NCBI GenBank assembly: GCA_973895155.1
Contig: OZ316892.1
Coordinates: 10,926,420-10,990,419, forward strand
DNA: 64,000 nucleotides
Direction of reading: 5' to 3'
Source of the DNA: Marsupella aquatica
Lineage: Eukaryota; Plantae; Marchantiophyta
In this document: positions 26,116-40,200 of the stretch, in pieces
How positions within the stretch are numbered: position 1 is the stretch's first letter
How the letters are laid out: each line of letters opens with the position of its first letter
Made by a program: the position numbers and the translations under genes
Notes under the pieces: model-generated
Told to the model about the DNA's origin: nothing
The model's database searches: none
What the model saw: only the letters and a program-made list of their open reading frames with translations

Positions 26116-29100
26116 TGTTGAAGTATGACGTCTTCCTTCATGATGATAAAATCATGACTTATACCATGTTCATGTAGTTGACACAATCCATACGTGGTTC
26201 ACCTCTTCTCTAAGGCTAGGTCCACACGAACACTCCAACTTTACTTCAGAGTAGTCGAACACACAAGCTCTCTCTCTTCCCCAAGTGCTTCGTTACAATG
26301 AGCAAACACCACGTACTAGTGGCTTACACTAGCCTTGGTATATGCAAGGTCATACACGACTAACCTAACCTCAGCTAAGTTCCTAACTGTGATTAGCCTA
26401 AACACCATAATCTATGAGTCACAAGACTAAGAGCAATCCTTAACAAACTCCCCCTTGACTCTAGTCTTGGGGACTGCAATTTCTGCTATCCATATGAGAT
26501 ACTCAGCGGAAAATTCTAGACAATCACCTAAAACCATAGGTGTCCCCCTAAAAACCATTAAAGATTAACTAAGGATTAACTATCTGAATTAAGCCATAGT
26601 CATAATATGATTGAGTAACCCATATACAAAAATTACATATTGTTAAGTTACTCTCCTAGTGCTGCAAATGCAAAAGTTGCAAAGTAGCATGGTGTCTTGA
26701 GTAACTCTCCAAAGAAATCACTTTGGTAAAAACATCAGCTGGGTTGAGCTTTTCATCATATTGACTAGCTCAAACACTTTATCAGACATTGTTTGTCTAA
26801 TAAAATGGTACCTGATGTCAATGTGCTTTACCCTGCTATCCATAACCTGGTTAATAGCTAGGTGAAGTGCACTTTGGTTGTCACAATAAAGAGCCATATT
26901 TCCATGCTCCAATCCCATCTTAGTGACCAGCTAATCCAACCAAATTTTTTCCTTTGCAGCTTCTGCTTCCGCAACATATTTTGCTTTTGTAGTAGACTGA
27001 GATACACACTTCTGCAAGGTAGATCTCAACTTATGCATCCTCCTCCAAGAGTAAACACATACCCAGTCTGACCTCCTTGTTTCCAGACAGTTTTTGTAGT
27101 CAAAATCTACATAGCCAACCAAAGATTTGGTTTTGTTTAATCTACTTTCAAACAACAGACCACAATCTATTGTGCCCTTAAGATACCCGAGAATCCATTT
27201 CACAGCCTCCCAGTGTACATTCCCTGGATTTGACATGAATCTACTCACTTTGCCCATTGCTAGGGCTAGATCAAGCTTGGTACACATTATCAAATATATT
27301 AGACTGACCATTGCCTTCTCATAAGGGACCTTAGTTATCAAGCCTCTCTCCATTGGATTCGTGGGGCAAAAGGTCAATAATAACTTGAAATATGGAGCCA
27401 AAAGAATATTTATTGGCTTACAATTCTCCATGTTGAATCTTGCAAGTACTTTTTAGCATACTTGCCTTGATTCAGTCACAACTGTCGAGTCTCAAAGTTC
27501 CTCGTCATCTCCATATCTAAGATCCTCTTGGCTTTTTCCAAGATCCTTCATTTGAAATTCAGAACTCAATTTTGCTTTGAGTTTGTCAACCTCAGATTGA
27601 TCCTTAGCCACAATCAACATGTCATCCACATAGAGCACCAGAATGAGTAAACCAAACACACCATTCTTGACTGATTTTGTATACACACAAGGGTCATACA
27701 CTATCCTAGTGAATCCTTATGCAAGCATGAAATCATCAAACCACTTGTTCTATTGCCAAAGAGCTTGCTTCAATCCATAGAGGGTCTTAAGCATGCAACC
27801 TACAAACTAAACTCTCTTGGCCCTTCTTCACAAAGCCCAGTGGTTGCCTCATGAAAATTTGTTCCTTCAAGGTGTCATAGAGAAAAGCGGTAACAACATT
27901 CATTTGATCTGACACCAGATCAAAAAACACAATAAGTTGACACAAAATTTGTATCGTGGAATACTTGGCAACTGGTGAAAAGACCTCATTGTAATCCACT
28001 TCCTTCTCATGAGTGAATCTGTTGGCAACAAGCCTTGTCTTGTATATCTTGTCTCCTCCATCTGAAGAGTTGTTCTTCAGCTTGTAAATCCACTTGTTGT
28101 CCATACCTCATTTCAAATAATGTCTTGAAATTAATTGCACTTGAAGGAGAAAGATTTACCAAATAAGCTACCGTATTTATAGCTTCGGCCCAAAATTCAT
28201 GTTGTAAACCGGATTGGCTCAACATACTCCTCAATCTCTCCAATAGTGTTTGGTTGAGCCACTCAGATTCACCATTCTGTTAAGGAGTATAAATTGTCGT
28301 GAGATGGCAAGAAATACTCTACTCTGCACAATACAATTCAAATTCTCTTGAACCATGCTCCCCATTGTTATCTGATCGCAGATATCTTACCTTGCGCCCA
28401 ATCTGATTCTTAATTTGGGCTTTCCACTTTTTAAAAGTGAGAAAAACTTCAAACTTAGCATGTAGAAATGTGATCCACACATACCTTGAGTAATCGTCAA
28501 TGAACGTGACATAGTAAAATTTTCCAGAAAGCGAGGGAGTTTAGGCTGGACCCCACACATCACTATGTAATACTCAAGTATAGCTTTGGTATTGGGCGTC
28601 CCAACACCATTTGAAGGTTCTCTTGTGCTGCTTCCCAAATACACAATGTTCACAAAAGTCTAACTTAGAAGATTCCAAATTAGAAAAAAGTTTTTTCCTA
28701 TGAAGCACTTCCAAACTTTTTTCACTCATGTGTCCCAATCTGCAATGCCACAAGTGAGTCATCTCTTTTTGAGATTTAGTTACATTGGCTTCTTCATGGA
28801 TCACATTGCCCTCCAACAAATAGAGATTATTGTGCCGCTTACCCTTTAGGATAACCTTGCCTTTCATTGACAGCTGAAGTACACCATCAATAGAACTCCA
28901 CTGATGTCCATTTGCTTCCAACATTCTAAGAGAAATCAAGTTCTTTTTCATGTCATGAATGTGTCTGAAATTTTTCACTGTTTGCAAACTCCATCAAACA
29001 TCCGAATCTTCACGGATCCAATTCCAGCAACTTGACATGGGTGATTATTCCCCGTCAACAATGAACCATTTGATACCGAGTAAGAATTGAAAAACTCTTG

Positions 29101-30370
29101 TATATGCAAAATCTGATAAATACAGACACAATCCAAAATCCATTCATCATCGCTGTTTCTGGATGAAATGCAAAGGACAACACTTTCACTTCACAGGATT
29201 CCATCATCGTGCAAGTCGATCATCTCAACATCAGTGGCTGCATTTGCTGATGGTTGATGAGTCTGCTTGACTCGGCAGTCTCTTTTCATATGGCCAATCT
29301 TGCCACATTTCTAGCATATAACCGGTTTCCTTTTTAGAGATTTCTATCTAGACCTAGATCTAGACTTAGACCTAGCCTTGTCCTTGCCTCTATTCTGTGA
29401 AGGGAACAATTGTGAAAAGACCTATTTTCTCCAATCATCCGCTATCAAGTCCTCCCACGGTTCACATTCAATATAGTGTCGGATGAAGATGGTGTCTGGA
29501 CATGACCCAATTTCTTTTGTATCATTTAACAGCAAAGAGCTTACCACCTCATCATATGAAATGGTTTTCAGGTCTCTATGCAAGAGAACCTACTTCAAAC
29601 CTTGATACAATGGGGGTAAGGAGTTGAGAAGAAGCATTGCTTTATCTTCATCTTCCACTCCCTTGCCAAGATTTGACAAATCCACAGCTAGGTTGTCAAA
29701 TTCATCCAAGTGATCTCTAAGCTTGCCTTCTTCTTTGAGCCTCAAGCTCATCAAGAAAGACTTCTTGTACAACCAATCTGAGGCATCATCGCGGTAGTAT
29801 TTCTCTTTTAAGGCCTTGAACAAGGATATGCAATCCTCGTAGTTATCAAACTTCTTGATGATGTGCGGCTTTAGATACAACAACACCGCATTAATAGCAA
29901 TCACTTGCTTTTGCCTCCATTTCCTCAATGGGATCTCCTCTTCAGTGCTAGACTCCTCCCAAGTAGATAGCAGATGATCTAGGCCCATAACACAAAGAAT
30001 TCCCTTGACCTGCTTCTCCCATAGTAAGTTATCCATCCGCCCATCATACTTTTCCACCTCAAACTTGACACCTCCAAACTTGGATGTCATCTCTATCCTC
30101 CTGACATTCTCCACGTGCTATTGTTTTGCTACTTCCTATATCCTTTTGCCGCTTTTTCCTTTCTTCCGTCCCGGTGACTCAACTCAAAATCATGAAAAAT
30201 ATCGTTTTTTGCAACTTCTAAAAAAAACTTGGATATTATCACCGCAACGTAGTCCACCAGCCTAGCAAACCAATGCTGAAATCCAAAATCAAAACCGAGT
30301 TCCGATAAAAAACTTTTTCATATTTTGGTCGAGGTGGGTAAAACTCAAAATTTCTCCCCCGTTTTGATCA
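26116..30370 (-). mobile_element. 5'-truncated, older Ty1/Copia element related to 17411-22984
   Basis: 3' LTR 26116-26445 (330 bp); PPT (actccccctt on + strand) 26447-26456; fragmented RH/RT/IN/PR/gag (gag 29590-30114, KFEVEKYDG); ~700-bp deletion between IN and RT at ~28104; no 5' LTR or PBS found. Confidence 0.93.
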
Positions 30371-33300
30371 CCTCGATGAATGACCAAATACTCTACCTTG
30401 GTGCTCACATCTAAAAAGAAAATCACAAAATGACACCAAGGAAACACTCATGTCTAAGGTGAATATTTCCAAAAATGGTTTTGGAAAAATAGTATCAGAG
30501 AATTGTTGAAGTCCCACATGATTTATTTGCAAAAAAAAAAACTGTAAAAGAATAGCACCCAAAACCATTGGTTCACCTTCCTAAAGTTCAGGTAAGACTA
30601 TGTTTTGGAGAAATATTTTCAAGTATGAGTAATTCCAAAAAATTGAGAGAAAGTAACTAAAGAGAGCAAAAATTACCTACCTTAAGTATTATTTCCCTTG
30701 CAGAAGTATTTCAAAACATGAAACAGATGAATATGGGAGTTAATAATAAGTTATACATAAATAAGATAAATTACTAATACATAAATTATATACTTATTTT
30801 CAAACAAGAGTACATTGAATTGCTTCAAGACAGTACATCTGGTCACATAGATAGTTGTACAATATGTTATAATTAAAAAATGGAAAAAATAATACTACAG
30901 GTCTTGAGAAAGGGTTAGAGGGGCAAGGGGCCCCATTAAGTGTATTTGAAGAGTTAGGGGCTCTTACTAAATATCTTTAGCTAGGGGGGCACTATCAAGT
31001 ATTTTGCTGCACTTCGGTTGGTTATAGTTTTTTGTTTTGTTTTGGAAAAAGCACACTTATGGGGTACATATATGATTTTGTGATTGTAACAAAGTTTTAC
31101 CTCCCGAACCATAACTGATTTATAATAGTGCTTTGCCCTAATGGCATGTTGATGGACTGTTAAGTCCAGAGGATGCCAAAGGGTACACTTAAGTCCAAAC
31201 TTGAATGAGTAGTGATGGCAAGATATGATACGGTCCAATATGATATTTTAAAGGAATAAAGAATACATTGGCAGAGTAGAGAAGTGGTCCCTGGAAGAGC
31301 CACATGATTGATGATGAAAATGAATTGGGTGATTGGTTGGTAGTGGAAGTAGATGAGGTCATTAGATTTGTACAGGTAGATGGTTTTGTAATTAAAATTA
31401 ATAGCCCCAACTGCCCATTCTTTGATTATATTCCCTATTCACATTCTTTCAAGGTCAATGAAATGATAAAACAAACATCTTGCATGTCATCATTCTAACA
31501 ATTATACATAACTTATATATTCTTTTTTATGCACATCCCTCTTTCTATACACATATGTTATGGTGAAACCATAAAACACATTTTTTGAATGTAAAATAAA
31601 AATCATGACAAAACTCATGCACTATTATAACTTGACATATATCATAGCGCTGAATTTTTACATCCATATGGTGGGTCACAGAGTTCAGGTCTAGAGGTTT
31701 CACTCTAGAAGCCTAGGCCCCAATCTAGCTTGTAGTTGGCTTTTTATAAGTAAGAATGAGGTGGGTAGCTTTGTTTGAAAGAGGTATTTAATAAAGTGCA
31801 AAAGAAAAGCAAAACAAATGCTCACATGAGTTTATAGTCTCACATTAAGCAAGATCATTTGTTGTTAGCAAGATAGTTGGTAATATTGATGACCTTGAAT
31901 GTGCAATTCAAAACTGTTGAGGGGGTAATTGTTATACTTAGTGACAGAGCTAAGTAGTGTGACAGAGTAGCTAAGTGACAGAGTCTAATATACTCTCTAA
32001 CAATTTTTTATTTTCTTCACATTGTACCTTTACACTTTGAATAAAACTCTGGAGGAGAGTACAATAAGGTAGATTCATTTTTAGTACAAGTAAAAGATGT
32101 GGAGTACAAATGTGTAAGTACTCAAAGGTGAAACCCAGGAGCGCTTAAGACAACAATTTTAGTAGTATGAAGCAATGTAGCATGCTGCTTAGAGACAACT
32201 GACGAATTCCTCTACAGAAAGAATGTTTTTGGTAAGAAACGTCAAAAGGGAAATCATCCTAGGATAGAATTTATTTTTGAAGAGACATGGAATTGTTTTT
32301 CTTTAGTAAGCTTACGAAAGATTTCTGTCCTAGGATGAGTTGAATAATAGTGTTTGCGGCTAAATTGATCTTGTTGATTAAAACCTGTCACTAATCCAAG
32401 TGCCATATAAAATAATGAAAAAACAAATAAGCAAGGTACCAACCTTAGCTGTACCACGTCTTAACAATGATGTGACAGCAATTTCTTCTGCATCCAGAGA
32501 TTCCATGTGTCTTCAATAAGGGGACCGTATGATTGTGTTTACAGGGAACCTGATAGTCAATTACTCAGTCAAATGCCACAGTACTAACTTCAAGCAAACT
32601 AAACAGAGTACTGGTTACCAGATCGTAATAAAATCAGCTCATATCTTATTTTGAATGCTTAATTCGTTTTTGCGGCCGAAGCACACAAAAGAGCACAGTA
32701 AGCGGTCCCTACATGTGGTCGCCCTTACGTAAGCTGTGTACTGGTAATCATGGAAGAACCAGTCACAGACCCCTCGCGTGCTACGTCAAGTGTCCCTCCT
32801 AAAAGTTGATTCCTAGCCATAGCCCAAAGGTTTGTAATGTTTTTAAAATTTGCCAAGGTGACCATTGGTATCTTGACCCCGGGGGTAGATTTTAAGAAGA
32901 TACTATATTTATTAGCTCGATGCACTTGTGTTCTCATACTAAGTGATGTTGAGCCAAAGTAATTTTCAGCATACTTGAAATAGCAAAGTAGTTGAATATT
33001 TCAAAGAGAATATGTTGTAATTATTAGCTGTTGCCTTGCATTGGCAAATGATTGATATTGAGCAAACATGTTGTTGAGCATAAGTGAGGTAATAGGTGAT
33101 TGGACAGCACGGGAGTTGCTCTGGCTATTGAATTTCACAAAAATGTAGCCAGAACAACGCCTGGCAAGATCATACATATTACATAACAATGTTGTTTCTG
33201 TAATGACATCTTTTTGCACAAAATCATCAAATTTTAGTAACCATATCTTTTGCACAACAATTGCATATTGACATTTGTTGCACAATGACCACTTCCTTGA

Positions 33301-36261
33301 AATGCAGGGCTATTGAGCTAGTTGTATATCATTTGTGACTCTCCCTAGATTTAAGGAGAAAGTTATTATGAATCATAGCCCATGTGATTTGGTCGGAGAC
33401 TAGCTAATGAGACTAGGCTATAAAGATCTTACGAAGTTGTTTACACCACAACTGTTGAAAAGCTCGAAACCCTACAATTTATTTATATATTTTAAATGTC
33501 AAACCAAAGGTCTGGAGCTATTCTGTGTTGAGTGTTTTGGCGTTACTACAGTAGTAGTCTGTGTTGCGTTTTTGGCGTTACTACTGTAGTCAAACGCAAC
33601 CGAGCCAGATTGACACGCGAGGCGCCGTACCGAAGCGCAGGGTACCCAATCCAGCCTCGGAACTTGGGACGTCACAGGTGCCCATGGCGAGCGACGGAGC
33701 AAGCAATCAGCAATGGCGAGCACTCGAGCACAGGATCACTTTTCCTCCTTGCATTCCGTCGTGATTGTATTATTATTTGCATGATGCCTCGCGTTGCTTT
33801 GCGCTGCAGTTCGGCCTCGATTCCTGCATGCTCTGCTCTCTCTCTCGCTGCGACGAAGACCAGGGAAGGACGGTACAGGGCAGGTACAGGGTAGGTACAG
33901 GGCAGTCCCTTGCCTCTTTCGTACGGTTCAGCTCTACCCCGCCCTCTCCTCGTCCCCTCCGTCGTCCGGCCGTCCGTCCGTCCGTCGTTATCTAAAAGAA
34001 CTTTTACTGCGAGTAAAACCCAGAAGTTGAGTGGGTGCTGAGCTGAAAATAGTGATCGCATTCGTTCGCCGCCCCCCCGGGCCCCCTCTTCAAGCAAGCA
34101 AAAGAAAAATTTACTGCAAGCAAAAGCCCAAAAGTTCTGTGGGATGCTCAGAATAGTGACCATATTTTTGTTTTCCCCTCCCTCGAAGAGCGAACTTACT
34201 GCGGGTAGAAGCCCAAACGTTGAGTGCATGCTAAGGATCGTCTCTTTCTTTTGTAATTTTTGTGTTGGTGTAGGTACAGCAGGGCTTTTGGCTTTATGTA
34301 TAGGGTAACGCAGGTCTGGGCACAGGGTTACTAGGCTATAACCCTGCGTCCAAAATATGAAAAGAAACTGACCGGAGGCAGCTGGGAAGCTTCTTTGAAT
34401 ATTCCGAGAGCAAATTACAGCCTATAACCCCAGCCCTGCCCTGCATTAGTGTACGTAACTCCTGCTCGGAAAGAGGTTACCAGCTCAATTTTTCAGGACA
34501 CCAGATTATGACTATAGCAAGCCCTTGTAGAAATGGTTACACACCGGTAACCTCTTCTCCTGACAGGATTTACGATCTCGTGAGTTTTTTTTTTGTTTTC
34601 TCCACTTTATTAGGCATCTCATGCCCTTGGGATCATGTGTCCCACTTTGGAGCTTGTAGTTCTTTTGCTGATATAAAGTTGGTGCAGTAGTTCATATCCG
34701 TTTTTCTTGTTGTATATTTTATTGGCGCATTTTTTGTAAATATGATCACCAACATAGCTATTTTGTCTTTCCCACCAAGCCAAAGACAGGATTAGCCAAA
34801 ACCTGAAGATTATCTTTGAATCTAGAGTAATCTAATGTCATCTCCTATATAGAAATATCTATTATAATTAGATTACTAGAAAAAGAGTTTTTTTGCATCT
34901 TTTTTTCACACAAGGTGACATTCCATTGCGCAAAAGGAAAAAACTGAACCAAAGATTTAGTCATGAGTATCTACGACCCACGTAAGAGAATGGTGAGATC
35001 AGGGACCACGAAAGTAGCGACTGCCATTCCTACCCGGCCACCCCCCCATTGGCAACCGGGCCCAGAGTACCCGGTAGGCCAGTATGGCAGCGCATGCATG
35101 GTCGATGGGTGGATGAAGTTCGTTCGTGGACCCACGAGCGTGACGTATGGGATTGTCTCCAGATTCTCAGACAACATTTGCACATTCCGAAGCCATTACA
35201 ATTATGACGATCGCATTTAATTTACCGGACGACGATCTCAGTGTTCCGAATTACTCACCCCGAATTTTAAAAGCTTTTAAATATGTCCTCCCCTTTTCGC
35301 ACGGCTCCGTGAAAGTGTATCTCGTTGGGCCTGGGCGCCTGGCCCCTCCCTGATGGCTCCCTCCCGTCGGCCCGTCGGCACCTCCCTTCGTCTTGAACGC
35401 GCCTCCGGCCCTCAGCCCAGCCCTTAGCCGGCTGGGCTGTCTGCCATCCCGACCAGTAGGATCACCCCTGACCTGTCTTTGCGGCCGCCGAGATGCGCGC
35501 GTGAGTCACGTCGCCCCGTCACGTTCAAATCTGGCATCCCGGCAATGTGGGAAGCATACGCGAACAGGGGAGCGGCACCTGGCCACCTACCGTGTCAGCT
35601 GTACCTACTAGGCCGACAACTCCCGTCCCACAGCGGCTCCTCCAGTCCCGCGCTCCCCCCAACCCGGCGTCTCGTGCAGAACTGCAGGTCTTCACCTGCG
35701 GTCGTGGACGCCATTAAGGGTTTAGAGATCCACGGCTGCAGGCCTCTCGAGTCCATGAAAGCACCATCCTCACGGTGGATTGTGGAATTTATTCTCATGT
35801 TTCCACTATTGCAGCAGGGTGCCACGCCAAACCTGCAGCGCACTCGCGCAGTTCGGTAGGGACAGGGGCAGTGAAGCTTGGGAATTGGGACGACTTCTAA
35901 CACCGTAGTGAAGTCTAAACCGCGCATTAAATGATGATTGTTAAGTTTTGGGTTCTCGCGGAAGATTCTAAGGCCCGCGTTTTCTGGTAGCAAGGCGTAT
36001 TATAGCAATTACTCTCCTGACCCAAACTCGGTGAAAATCAGATTACCCTAATTAGTCGATATTGTTTTCACACAGTAAAAGAGTACATTATTTTATCCTG
36101 AGAGTGGCGGTTTAAGTACTAGAAGTGAATTGGATTAGTGAACAATTCTTTTTAAATTTCATCACTCTCTTATTATTGCATGTCCAAGTACTTTATCCAG
36201 AGCATTAGCCTATGATTTTGGGAGTGATATGCTTAGTAGACCCACTTCTGGAAAAAGTTGG

Positions 36262-36360
36262 CTTGATCAACCCCCTCCATACTTTTCCCCAATCTGGACT
36301 GTTAATGGACCTTTCGATCTCAGATCTGGGTCATTCATAGACCTCAGGGGGTCGATCAAG
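36262..36360. mobile_element. Small MITE-like inverted repeat
   Basis: cttgatcaaccccct ... agggggtcgatcaag (15-bp inverted termini, 1 mismatch). Confidence 0.5.
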
Positions 36361-37205
36361 TAACAAGTTTCATTTTGGGGGTCGAGAAAGCAAATATCTC
36401 ATGATTCTGGTCTACAATTTGATTTTGACGTTAGCTTAAATAACTATTTAAGGATCTCAAAAAACTTTGAAATTCTTTCTATGACTCTTTGTCAAACTAT
36501 CACAATTACTCTATACTTGGATGGGGTTACCAAGGGTGCAATGGATTTGTTTGCGCTCCCCCCGATCAAAGGGAAAAGGTAAAAAGACCGAGAAACCTAA
36601 TTCATTGGGAGTGAGAGGGGGTCAATATTGTGGGAAGAATTTTGCAGAAGGCAAGGAAACTCTGTGTTCAAGGATCAAAGGAACTGTAATTATCAACACG
36701 CAAAGCTTGGATCGTCATTGGTTGTGTACCACCAAATCTTAATAGCAAGATTTGGAAAATAGAACAATTTTCTTGGAAAGTACACAGGCTATGAAGTTTC
36801 TTTTGTTGGAACTTCATACATGGTTCACCAAGAATTCTTGGATCATCTATGGAAGGACATCTTCTGGGTGTCACATACACGTCAAGAGAGCACTACGCAG
36901 ATTTGAGGACAGTATTCACACTGTAAGAATGAACTGGATGAATCTAACTTGGCGAAAGTTGGAAAACTGAGGGACTTCAACATGAGGACTAACAATGACA
37001 TCAGCCTATGATAGCCGCCCTTGTAGCAAATGCATATCCAAGCAAGGCCAAAAGGAAGAATGGCCCGTTCCAAGAGAAGTTACTTGGATCATTCTTTTAA
37101 TGAAACCATGGAGATAAACATCAATTCATCATGAAGCCTCATTCAGGTGTATTAAAATTACACCATTATCAAGTGAACTCTCGCAACACTCATGTGTTTT
37201 TAAAA

Positions 37206-40200
37206 TCAGTCTATTTTAATTAATGATGGTTCATAGTCTGGAGGAGCTTCATATCCTAGAAGGTTTATAAATGTGGCAGTCACATTTGAAAGACCTGCGT
37301 TAGGCAGATCTGTACGAAGACTTGCTCTTGACGAGAGCCCAGGTCCTCCAATTGCTATTGGTACCTGAATTGAAGAAGATGTATTTCATTTAATTAAAGT
37401 TGAATGGCATTTCAATATTTTTTTAATTTTTAATTTTCACTTTATTCCGTGTGAAACCCATGGATGGGAGAACTCGCAGGCTGCAAAGGGCAAAACAGCA
37501 TCCAAAGGATGGAAAATGGCACAAAGAGTCCACAAAGGAACCTCAAGAAGGGGCAGGGCACCCGAAAGTTAGCCTGAGTACCCCAACCCAATCAAACTGT
37601 AACGCAGAGTAGCAAAGGATCGCCAAGCATTAACACCCAAACAAGCAAAACCTAAACAGAGAAAAGACCAGCAGGGCAATTCAGTCTTAGAACATCTCTT
37701 GGAACATCTCTTAAATCTCAGCTATCTCATGGGATACTATTATAGTCAGAAGACTTGTCATCCCTGAACCAAAGTACATGGACGACAAGGCACACATGCT
37801 TCAACCTTGGACCTAAGCTTGTCATTGACAAGACCTGTTGCCATGTCAAAAATTTGAAGAGGTCTTCTATTAGATAATTAATTAATAACATGGGTTCTTC
37901 CCCTTTATCACTTTTGACTTTTGAACATTGGTTATCTCATTCGTTCATGGAATTTTTATATCATTTTCAGTGATGTTCTCAAATGTCTGGTTTTCTCCAT
38001 TTAAGGTAATGGGGAAGCATCAAACACTTACAGGTGCTAATGTGTGTGAAGTTAGTGGTTTAACATTTCCATCGTCATCTGTCAAAGGCTCTCCATCCTT
38101 TTTCCGTTGAGCCATGTCATCTGCGTTCCCATGATCTGCTGTAATTAAGTAAAGTCCTCCAACTTTTCCAATTGCATCGATCATCACCTATATATACAAA
38201 GTGTCATAGAAATTAGGATATAATGCCAAAGTGCTGGTTGGGGCCTTATTCCATGCAGGGCTGTCCACATGCCAGAACCCTTAATTTGTAGTTCGGGGAT
38301 GGCATCCCCAGACTTATTATTTTTTAGTTTGGGTGTAACCGTTGCAATGCTGTCCATAGTATTGGGGTTTGGGGCTTGGGGGCCACGGACATGGAATACT
38401 GTTCATATTTTAGACTTTACGAGGATGTACCACAGAGCATGGATGAAAATGCAAAAATTCCCCGAAACAGTAAACATGATAATAATAAAAAAAAGTGGTT
38501 ATGTAAAGCTTGAATGGATATGTTGTATAGACAGAGTCTTAGAGGATCAACACCAGTTTAGTGTGCAGATGTCATAAGTGATTTATATGCACACTTTGCA
38601 GAAGAGTTTTTGGTATTAAAATGTAGTATTGGATTATGAGAAGTAACACTCCAGTGTGATAAGATAGATTGCAGAGCTAGGTGGCCCTTGTCACCATTTA
38701 ATTTAAAATAAAATAAAATGCAAAGCTTAGTTTAACTTAGCCTTCTTTACATGCATGGAGAAAGAGGGCTGACAGAGACCTTTTATCTGTTCCTTCCCAC
38801 TTTGCAGAAATGATGGGTACTAAAAATTCAGTTGCCTTGGGCCATTTTCCCCTTACCCCTTCCCCAATGTAAATATTGGTACTGTAGGTGAGACCAGTGA
38901 AATCCAGCTGGACTATGACAACTTTTCTGGTACTTAGATAGCACTTTTTTGCTGTAAAAAAACAATATTTTCCAGATTTGCAAGGTTCACGAGAATGATC
39001 CATCCCAACATTAATATATATTGTACATACTAAAAAATATAAATAAACAAGAAAAAAATGCTAGGTTCTAGTAAAATATTGTGGACGATGAACGTCAGTA
39101 AGAGAATCTTATTTGGGGCTCGGTGGCACAGTTTACCTTTACACTCTTGTCAACTGCCTCACAAGCGGTTAGTACAGCCTCGAAATCTCCAGTGTGACCA
39201 ACCATGTCCCCATTTGCCAAATTCACCCGAATAAAATCGTATTTCCTCGAAAGAATGGCATCCTTGGTTGCCTGAGCAATTTGAGCTGCCTTCATTTTGG
39301 GCTTCTCGTTGAAGGGGCATGTGTCGCTCACAATCTCATGATATGTCTCGAGATTCTTATCCAGCTTACCTGATCGATTCCCGTTCCAAAAAAAGGTGAC
39401 ATGACCAAACTTTTGCGTCTCGCTGTCATAAGAGTAACATGGTTTTGCTCAATTCACTTTTAAAGTTGATCATGGTGACAAGAGCCCATTAAAAAAACAA
39501 AGGTCCATAAAAACTTTGATGGAAAGTTTAGCAAAATAAAAAATGAATTTTCATGAATGAGTCCCTAGGTCAAAAGATTGATGTGAATTCATTTTTTATT
39601 TTGCTAGAATGGACTGCAAGCCTCATACAGTAGCCTGCCATCATTCACTCAAATATGTTATAAACCAGGATTAGGTGAAATTTTGAACCTGCAGGCGAAT
39701 GTTCTGATGCCATTCTTCACCAAATACTGCCCTGATATTTGCTCAATCAGTGGTGGCGGAACAAGATAGTTGTGGGGCAATTTAAGGTCCCCATCATATT
39801 GCATCATCCCAGCGAATCTTACTTTTGGATGTCTCTTCCTGTCAAACTTCTTGAAGTCATCATATTCAAAAGCTTTGCTCAACTGCACAACTCTATCTGC
39901 ACGATAATTGAATATAACCACAGCATCCCCATCTTGTATTGTCCCAACAGGCTTCCCATTCTTTCCAACTATCACAAATGGTGGCAAGTACTGGTCATTT
40001 GTGGCAGGGTCCTCTTCTTTTATACTTTTGAGAGCCTCCAAGGCACTGTCAAATTTGTAGGGTGCTTCACCCAATACATGTGCATGCCAACCACGTTCTA
40101 CTATGCTCCAATCTGCCTGTCCATTTAGTCAATAAAATGAATCACTTCTTGAAATCAAGACTGAGTTATGGTGTGCCTGTTCAAAATGTTTACTCTTTGT

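Noticed and set aside
30491-30500. agtatcagag PBS-like motif
   Set aside because: Wrong strand for element 2 and no adjacent LTR.
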